Source of the DNA: an uncultured virus (IMG/VR IMGVR_UViG_3300025543_000015)
Taxonomy: Duplodnaviria; Heunggongvirae; Uroviricota; Caudoviricetes; Crassvirales
DNA: 64,000 nucleotides
Virus record (IMG/VR): IMGVR_UViG_3300025543_000015
Direction: 5' to 3' (one strand)
Numbering within the stretch: the stretch's first letter is position 1; the number at the start of each line of letters is the position of its first letter. Positions 57,842 to 64,000 of the stretch are shown here, one piece after another. The position numbers and the translations under genes were made by a program. The notes under the pieces were generated by a model. The model ran no database searches. It was given only the letters and a program-made list of their open reading frames with translations, and was not told the DNA's origin.

Positions 57842-58084
57842 TTATAAATGTCCTCCATAAACTTGGTTACCCATATCATCATAGATGTCATATCTATCCT
57901 CATCATCGGGCTCACCATCTTGTAGTTCAGCTTGTGAAAATAAACTCTCTTCTTCATCATAAGGATAATCCCCTATTAAATATTCAGCAATCTCTTCATT
58001 GCTCAATCCTTTTAGTAATGAATTATCTAATTCAATCTTCACCTCTTTGTAGTATACTCGTGTTAATGTTAATACTGTTTTCAT
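57842..58084 (-). CDS. early acidic hypothetical protein
   Basis: 80 aa, ends YGGHL. Confidence 0.6.
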   Translation of the reverse strand: MKTVLTLTRVYYKEVKIELDNSLLKGLSNEEIAEYLIGDYPYDEEESLFSQAELQDGEPDDEDRYDIYDDMGNQVYGGHL

Positions 58085-58399
58085 CTTGTTATATTTTTAG
58101 TTATTAATTCTTTCTCTTCTCTCTCAGCATCTCTCTTCTTCTGTATTGCTAATATAAACTCACGGTTAGTGATGCCTGCACCTGCAGACATTCTCTTCCT
58201 GTTCCAATCTGATATGTTTCTACGTCTCATCTCTAAGCTTTTACAAAGTTATAATACTGTCTTGGTTTACCTCCAAAATCTAGGCTACCTTTCTGTCCAT
58301 CTGACTTGCGTTCTACTGCTACAAAACCATAGGCAAATCCTAATACCCTAAAGTCATCCTGTAGCTCATCTGTTGTCCAAGTTTCTTTTACTGTGTTCA

Positions 58400-58666
58400 T
58401 TACTCTTCGTGATTTAATGTTACATATACTCTCAATACTATCTCGCCATCTATAACCCGTAGGTAGGAGCTTAGTGCTGTTGGCTCTATTAGTGCTACAA
58501 TATCTGTGCTGTAGAATGCTATATCCTTTCCTATGTTACAGTGGATATTAAACTCTGCCTTATTCAACTCCTCTATGCTGAAATGTCCTAATCCATATCC
58601 TATATTTGATTTTAGTGTAGTGATAACTGCTTTTACTGTTCTGATTTTCTCTTTGTTTGTGTTCAT
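58400..58666 (-). CDS. early hypothetical protein
   Basis: 88 aa. Confidence 0.55.
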   Translation of the reverse strand: MNTNKEKIRTVKAVITTLKSNIGYGLGHFSIEELNKAEFNIHCNIGKDIAFYSTDIVALIEPTALSSYLRVIDGEIVLRVYVTLNHEE

Positions 58667-58673
58667 GATATTA

Positions 58674-58973
58674 TTAGTTTAAAATTAATACTTCGTCTTC
58701 ACTCAACCCTCTCTCTATTTGGTAGTAGTACGATTGTAGTGTGTCAATTAGGTATCTACCTTGAGCAGTATGAAAACCATATGAATGTGTATATGCACCT
58801 GCAATTGGCTCATTCTCAATTAGTAGATGAAATAGGTCTGTAGGTGTTATACCTCTCTGCTCCTTAGCTAGTCTTCTGCATGCTAGTACTAGTGACTTAA
58901 CATTGTGTCTTGGTTGACCATAGTTCGATGTGATGTACTTCTTTGCTCCTGCAATTGTTAAATTTGTGCTCAT
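58674..58973 (-). CDS. early hypothetical protein
   Basis: 99 aa. Confidence 0.6.
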   Translation of the reverse strand: MSTNLTIAGAKKYITSNYGQPRHNVKSLVLACRRLAKEQRGITPTDLFHLLIENEPIAGAYTHSYGFHTAQGRYLIDTLQSYYYQIERGLSEDEVLILN

Positions 58974-59161
58974 TATTTTAGTTTTTTAAAGTTATTAAAT
59001 GCCTCTTTCAATATAGGATAGAAAGGTATTATCAAGGTAATAACTACATCCTTCTTTGTTAAGTCCTTCTCGAAGTTATCTGTAAGCATTCCGAATAAGA
59101 CCACGGTTGATATTATCCAAAAGCTAACATAAACAATTGTTACTATAACTAGTGCTGTCAT
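58973..59161 (-). CDS. small membrane protein
   Basis: 62 aa, two hydrophobic segments. Confidence 0.55.
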   Translation of the reverse strand: MTALVIVTIVYVSFWIISTVVLFGMLTDNFEKDLTKKDVVITLIIPFYPILKEAFNNFKKLK

Positions 59162-59178
59162 TGTATTATATTTTATGA

Positions 59179-59482
59179 TTATAATGTGTTATATAGTTTA
59201 TTGATTATTTTAATTTCTTCTACTGCCATAACGATGTCAATACGATTAACTCGCTCACCATATAGCAGTCTGTGAGATGTGCCATATGCTCTAACTAAAT
59301 CGTCATGATGCTCCTCAACATCTTTTCTGTCCCTAGTTAGAAATGCTTTCTTAGATGATGCTGTCTTGTAGTTAGCTAACCCCTCAATGTAATAAGCTGA
59401 TATCTCTGATAATGTACTTGTAAACTCTCTCTTGGTGTTAACATCTTTAATAATTCTAAAAAACTCACTGCAATTTGTCATG
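59179..59482 (-). CDS. early hypothetical protein
   Basis: Start placed at about MTNCSEF (approximate); the track start overlaps a tRNA-like element. Confidence 0.55.
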
Positions 59483-59503
59483 ATAATTGATTTAATTGTT
59501 AGA

Positions 59504-59562
59504 GGCAAAGACAGGATTCGAACCTGTACGTGCTTATTATTTCACACATCCGATTCATTGCC
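59504..59562 (-). ncRNA. mini tRNA-like element 1
   Basis: GGCAATG/CTTTGCC acceptor plus ACAGG-TTCGAAT-CCTGT T arm; 59 nt. Confidence 0.55.
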
Positions 59563-59567
59563 ATTAG

Positions 59568-59615
59568 TCATCTGTGGAGGGTTCGAACCTCGTATACCCT
59601 AACGTATACAGATGA
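59568..59615 (-). ncRNA. mini tRNA-like element 2
   Basis: TCATCTGT/ACAGATGA stem plus GAGG-TTCGAAC-CCTC T arm; 48 nt. Confidence 0.55.
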
Positions 59616-60912
59616 TTGTACTTACTGTATCTCTACAGTCTGTAACCGATTTGATTTTAGGAGAAATCTTTACTCCCGATTATAGTCTCAATGCAAGTTG
59701 CTACTCGTGTATCCTTATTGAGTCTGACGATGAACTGTCTACTACTGTAATACTACTTACATAGGTTGCTCTCAATAGCAATTCTACTCCTATGCTCCAT
59801 GTTACCAACAAAGCTAACTATAATCTGTGCCATCTACTTTTACCATTTAACCCACAATCGGGAAAGCTATGACCAACATGTTTATCATCTGTAAGAGTGA
59901 GCTGTGCTGTAGGATACTAAGTAAGTATGTAGCAGGGGAGCAGTAAGCAGGATGCTTGTGCTGAGCTCGATGATAATCCAATAATGTATAAGAACGTTTG
60001 TTGCTTCCAACACTGCAATAGTAATACATATATTTTAAATGGATGCTGATACTAACTCGTTGATAATGAGTGAGTAAGATGATATTAGGTAATTATAACC
60101 TGTTGATATACAGATAGTTAACATACACAACAAAATAAAATGACTTTTCGATGAATGGTAAATAACAACGATGAAATACACAATTTGATGAAATATTGGA
60201 TAAAATGTTTGTAGGAAGAGCTTGTGAGATTTGTAGGGAGAATGCATTTCGTTGATGGAGTATGCAGTTCAACAATGGTAGTATGTATTGCATAGTACAT
60301 AGCTAAGTAGTTGAGGTAGTGGTAGTTAAGTAGTATGTGAACAGGGGTGCATGTATGGTGCATGATACAAGTACTGCCTATAGATACAGCATGTATATCA
60401 ATACAATCCCCGACGAACTTGCGAGAGAGCACGCAGCTTGATGCAGCAGCCGTTGATACAGCATGCGTGCACGAGCACAGCTAAGCAAAACCATGCTAAC
60501 ATTACTTAGATGTTCGTTTAAATGATGTTAGTATTACCACATGCGAACAGGAATGAATGAATTTAATGTGTTGAGTATCAGTATCGTAGAATATAGTAGT
60601 AGCATGGATGCAGCAATAGATAGCAAGCAAAAATCTCAAAACTATGGCTGAAAATCGAAAAAGTCAAACCCCACCCCATCGAGAAATTTTGGTTTTCCCT
60701 TTCGAGTCGGGACGGGGATTTATTATATAGACCCTAAAGAGAGGCGTTGCCCGAAAAATTTTTATATAATTTTTTTTTTGATTCAGCATGCTAGGATAGA
60801 AGATGTTCAACATGGTAGGCTAACAAACGACCACTAAAAACCCCGTAGAGGTATAAATCGTGCCCTCTGCTAAACTTTTACTACCTCTCGGGTATATTTC
60901 ACTACCGGACAT

Positions 60913-60935
60913 AAAAAAGCCCCTTAGAGGAGCTT
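60913..60935 (-). terminator. intrinsic terminator
   Basis: AAGCTCCT-CTA-AGGGGCTT-TTTT. Confidence 0.7.
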
Positions 60936-60955
60936 ATATTAGTTTTAGTTTTTAT

Positions 60956-61063
60956 TCAGCAAAGTAACCATGTGATGAAACTACCTAGAGCAGCGCCTAT
61001 TAATAATAATGCTGCAGCAACGTATAAGAATGTTTTAGTAATTGAGTTTCCGATTCCTTCCAT
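60956..61063 (-). CDS. small membrane peptide (35 aa)
   Basis: MEGIGNSITKTFLYVAAALLLIGAALGSFITWLLC followed by a terminator; not in the ORF track. Confidence 0.55.
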   Translation of the reverse strand: MEGIGNSITKTFLYVAAALLLIGAALGSFITWLLC

Positions 61064-61175
61064 ATATAATTTTGATTTGATTAAGCAGTTCCTAATGTAG
61101 CTCTTTTTGTTCGTAAGACAAGAAAGTAACACAAAGAAAAGAATATAATCATTTATTTATAATAGTTATATCTTA

Positions 61176-61282
61176 TAGTAGATAATCTACTAGTAGATAC
61201 ATATTATAAGTATTATATTATAAGCATTATCTACTTTATACTTATCTACTAGTAGTTACACTTCTAATAATTATCTACTAGT
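61176..61282. repeat. AT-rich cluster of ATCTACT(AGTAG) repeats/palindromes; candidate origin
   Basis: ATCTACTAGTAGAT palindrome at 61185, further ATCTACT copies at about 61229, 61244 and 61273. Confidence 0.55.
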
Positions 61283-61440
61283 GCTATCCCCCTTTCCCCC
61301 TTTCTTGGGACAAAGATAAGAAATATTTTTGACTTCTCATTTTTGGTAGATACATTAACATATCTTTAACTAAACCATAAAACAATATGTAAATTATTTT
61401 ACGTATCTTTGCAGCAGAGTTTAATTAAAAAGATAAAATT

Positions 61441-62181
61441 ATGGAGAATAAACAATTTATAGCTTACTATCGTGTGTCAACGGAGGAGCAAGGGAATACA
61501 GGTTTAGGTTTAGGAGCTCAGCAGAGTAGTGTTCGCCCATTTGTCAAAGCCAATGGCGAACTAGTAGGAGAATTTACTGAGATTGAATCCGGAGCAAACA
61601 ACTCTAGACTCCAACTTGATGCAGCAATTGATATGTGTGTTAAGCTAAAAGCGACTCTTGTTGTAAAGAATCTCTCACGTATCTCTCGTGGAGGGTACAG
61701 AGTGATGGGTAAATTGCAAGACCTAGGTGTTGAGTTTATAGAGGCTACGTCACCCTTTGATAATCAGCTAATTAAGGAATTTAAGTTCTCAATGGCTAAA
61801 GAGGAATTGGAGCGCATCTCAGAAAGAACCTCAGCAGCTCTGCAGGAGATAAAATCTAAGATTGCTCGTGGTGAAAAACATATTTCAAAATCGGGCAATG
61901 TTGTAAAGTCTCTTGGTATGCCAAGTAACTTAACTGATGAGTCCCGTCAAAAGGCAAAAAAGGTAAGAATTGACAAAGCATTGAATAATCAGAACAATAA
62001 AAGAGCCGGAGCATTCATAATTGCGTTAGCGAAAGCAGGTGTCTCCTTTTATGCGATAACTGCTCAATTGAATCAAAACGGGTTTAAAACTAGTAGAGGT
62101 AATAACTTTTCAGAAGTCCAAACAAAAAGGCTATATGAGCGATACAAAAAGCAATCAACACAAAATTCACATATTGGGTGA
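61441..62181 (+). CDS. serine recombinase (resolvase family) with C-terminal DNA-binding region
   Basis: AYYRVSTEEQ, EIESG, LSRISR, E...ISERT. Confidence 0.9.
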   Translation: MENKQFIAYYRVSTEEQGNTGLGLGAQQSSVRPFVKANGELVGEFTEIESGANNSRLQLDAAIDMCVKLKATLVVKNLSRISRGGYRVMGKLQDLGVEFIEATSPFDNQLIKEFKFSMAKEELERISERTSAALQEIKSKIARGEKHISKSGNVVKSLGMPSNLTDESRQKAKKVRIDKALNNQNNKRAGAFIIALAKAGVSFYAITAQLNQNGFKTSRGNNFSEVQTKRLYERYKKQSTQNSHIG

Positions 62182-62274
62182 GGACGGTAAGCGGTACTAT
62201 ATCAATTGCTACTTAAAGAATCATGAATGACATACAGTGGAAGGTGATGTTCACGTTCCTAGAACACAAATTTA

Positions 62275-62715
62275 TTGGGTAAACTAATGCAGAAAATATT
62301 TGAATCGAGGAAGGACTTAAGGAGAGAGCTACTCACCATTAAGAAATTCATAAAGAAAAACAAACTCAAGTACACCTACGAGAAGTTAGATTGGAAGAGT
62401 TTAGATTATGAACTATATGAATGTAAGAAATTGGTAGCAGTGGTCGAGATTAAAAACTTTAAAGTGGCATGGGGCTTTTTTCCAACAGTGCTTGTTGCTT
62501 TAAAGAAGTACATTAAAATGTTGGGCGTAAAAGAGGAGAAGGATGTTCCTGTGTACTTTATGGCACACTTCTACTGTGGTACGATAGCTTGGATTGAGGT
62601 TGACCAAATCGATGGAGAGAATAAGCACTTTGAAAGGAATGAGATACGGGAAGGGGCAGCAAGCGATGCTGAGGAAGTCTTCTACGTAGTTAACGAATTA
62701 TTTAAAACGATATGA
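62275..62715 (+). CDS. PD-(D/E)XK-like nuclease-fold protein
   Basis: LDYEL...VVEIKN. Confidence 0.55.
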   Translation: MGKLMQKIFESRKDLRRELLTIKKFIKKNKLKYTYEKLDWKSLDYELYECKKLVAVVEIKNFKVAWGFFPTVLVALKKYIKMLGVKEEKDVPVYFMAHFYCGTIAWIEVDQIDGENKHFERNEIREGAASDAEEVFYVVNELFKTI

Positions 62716-62874
62716 GTTGGGGAAGTAAAAATAACGGTAGGTTCTGTCCAAACTGTGTCTCAGACATGGTTAATCAGATTAGAAACAAAGAGAGAGTATA
62801 CGTATGCCTAGAATGTGGTGTAGTAGAGCAGGCAGATGAGCCACAGGAAAGTCAAATAATTAAAACAAAAAAAG

Positions 62875-63084
62875 ATGAAGGTATCAGAGAAAGACAAGCA
62901 ATGGACTACTACGACTGTAGCGAACAAGATATTATCTACCACTACATTCAACAAAAAGACCCTAGCTGAGGAATTGGGAATTTCTCGACCAACCCTAGAT
63001 AAGAGATTGTTTAGGGAGTCTAAGTGGAAGGTGTTAGAGATTAAGTGGCTAGATATGCTACATAAGCAAAAATGCGACTATTAA
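62875..63084 (+). CDS. HTH DNA-binding protein
   Basis: KKTLAEELGISRPTLDKRL. Confidence 0.75.
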   Translation: MKVSEKDKQWTTTTVANKILSTTTFNKKTLAEELGISRPTLDKRLFRESKWKVLEIKWLDMLHKQKCDY

Positions 63085-63121
63085 TTTTATCAGTATCTTT
63101 GCTACATGAAACTAATAAATC

Positions 63122-63364
63122 ATGATGACAAGAACAATAAAATTTAATATAAAACATTTCATAGAAGAGTACATCTATAGCATAGAGTCTAAAGACGACG
63201 ATGCTGAGGTAGAGCTACTAGAGAAGTTTAATCGGGTGTTCTACAATAGTCCACCACAAGTTAAAAAAGGTATACAAGCATTTCTGTTCAATAATAGTAA
63301 TGCGAAGGAATACAAAAAGATACAAGATTTAGCCACAAGATGCGCCTGTTTTTTAATAAGTTAA
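63122..63364 (+). CDS. hypothetical protein
   Basis: 80 aa after promoter 63094. Confidence 0.55.
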   Translation: MMTRTIKFNIKHFIEEYIYSIESKDDDAEVELLEKFNRVFYNSPPQVKKGIQAFLFNNSNAKEYKKIQDLATRCACFLIS

Positions 63365-63423
63365 ATATTTTTTGTATATTTGCACTTATAATTAGTGATA
63401 CATAACTCAAAAAACTAAAACAC

Positions 63424-63753
63424 ATGGCAATTAAAGGAAACGCATTTAGCGAGTACAGAGATGTAATCGTTCAATTTAACCTCTCAGAAGGGTTAGACAT
63501 CGTTGGGCAAACTGCTCAAGAAGCGATGAGTATTGATGCTTATAAAGCAGCATTAAACAAAGTAGCTGACATTGAAGCTAAGTATGCAGCAGACTCTACA
63601 TCAGTAGTAGATTTAGCAGCAGTTAACGTTGTAATGACAGGAACAAGTCGTTACAAGCTTTACAGCTTTAACTTAACACTAGACATTTCAGCAGGTCTTT
63701 ACAGATTCGTTTGGATTGAAACAGTACCTAACGCAGCAGGATTAACTCCGTAA
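63424..63753 (+). CDS. highly expressed hypothetical (possibly structural) protein
   Basis: 109 aa with MCP-like codon bias, own promoter and terminator. Confidence 0.65.
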   Translation: MAIKGNAFSEYRDVIVQFNLSEGLDIVGQTAQEAMSIDAYKAALNKVADIEAKYAADSTSVVDLAAVNVVMTGTSRYKLYSFNLTLDISAGLYRFVWIETVPNAAGLTP

Positions 63754-63774
63754 GCAGTTAAGTAACAACTAATG

Positions 63775-63810
63775 ACATCTCGTCGCTTAATAGTGGGCGA
63801 GGTGTTTTTT
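63775..63810 (+). terminator. intrinsic terminator
   Basis: ACATCTCGTC...GGCGAGGTGT-TTTTT. Confidence 0.7.
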
Positions 63811-63826
63811 AAACAACAATAAAAAG

Positions 63827-63916
63827 ATGAAAAATTTTAACATATATTATAATTGCTTTAGTTGGTCGAATAACCAACAGGGTGAGTTATGTGTTAAAGT
63901 GAAGATAAGTATTTAG
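63827..63916 (+). CDS. leader peptide 3, MKNFNIYYNCFSWSNNQQGELCVKVKISI
   Basis: 29-codon ORF with A-rich upstream region, ends in TAG, followed by a terminator. Confidence 0.65.
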   Translation: MKNFNIYYNCFSWSNNQQGELCVKVKISI

Positions 63917-63943
63917 ATACTATTCCTTTCTTTATTACAGTAC

Positions 63944-63976
63944 AAGCCCTTAGCATTTATGTTAGGGGCTTTTTTT
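63944..63976 (+). terminator. attenuator terminator 3
   Basis: AAGCCCTTAGC-ATTTAT-GTTAGGGGCTT-TTTTT, near-identical to terminator 1. Confidence 0.8.
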
Positions 63977-63983
63977 ATTGGGG

Positions 63984-64000
63984 TGCTTTTTAGCTGAGGT
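63984..64000 (+). tRNA. probable 5' end of a tRNA, cut off by the window end
   Basis: 7 nt followed by TA-GCT-GAGGT, resembling positions 1-17 of a tRNA. Confidence 0.35.

Noticed and set aside
59847..60432. Four overlapping minus-strand ORFs
   Set aside because: Mutually overlapping, unusual composition, inside a structured non-coding region.
1..64000. Stop-codon reassignment (alternative genetic code)
   Set aside because: Core genes are intact under code 11 and TAG, TGA and TAA all end genes. The only in-frame TAG noticed is in a truncated remnant.

Overview
The window is a large part of a dsDNA tailed phage of Bacteroidota (Flavobacteriaceae-type). Evidence: TAnnTTTG promoters throughout and a crAss-like/flavobacterial podovirus structural gene order. 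From memory it resembles the Cellulophaga phi38:1/phi40:1-type group; this was not verified by search. Plus strand 1-30292: GroES-like proteins, terminase, portal, scaffold, major capsid, ring/muzzle proteins and a 3149-aa putative ejected polyvalent protein. Minus strand 30335-60000: two tRNA clusters flanking a PNK + RNA ligase repair pair, nucleases, PolA, GroEL, class II RNR, primase-helicase, SSB and many small early genes. A mostly non-coding strand-switch region (about 59500-61400) is followed by a serine recombinase. Main discovery: three unannotated leader-peptide/antiterminator/terminator units (30882-31013, 34882-35032, 63827-63976). The first two sit directly upstream of tRNA clusters; the third precedes a probable tRNA cut off by the window end. 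In the first two, the leader codons match the downstream tRNAs, and the three leaders together partition the genetic code. This suggests ribosome-mediated attenuation that turns on phage tRNAs when cognate host tRNAs are depleted. Also found: two hammerhead ribozymes flanking a 1.2 kb early segment, an integrase-less attC-like cassette array, a decayed CCA-adding enzyme gene, non-canonical and mini tRNA-like RNAs, and candidate structured ncRNAs. Function calls come from motifs read by eye; no searches were run.
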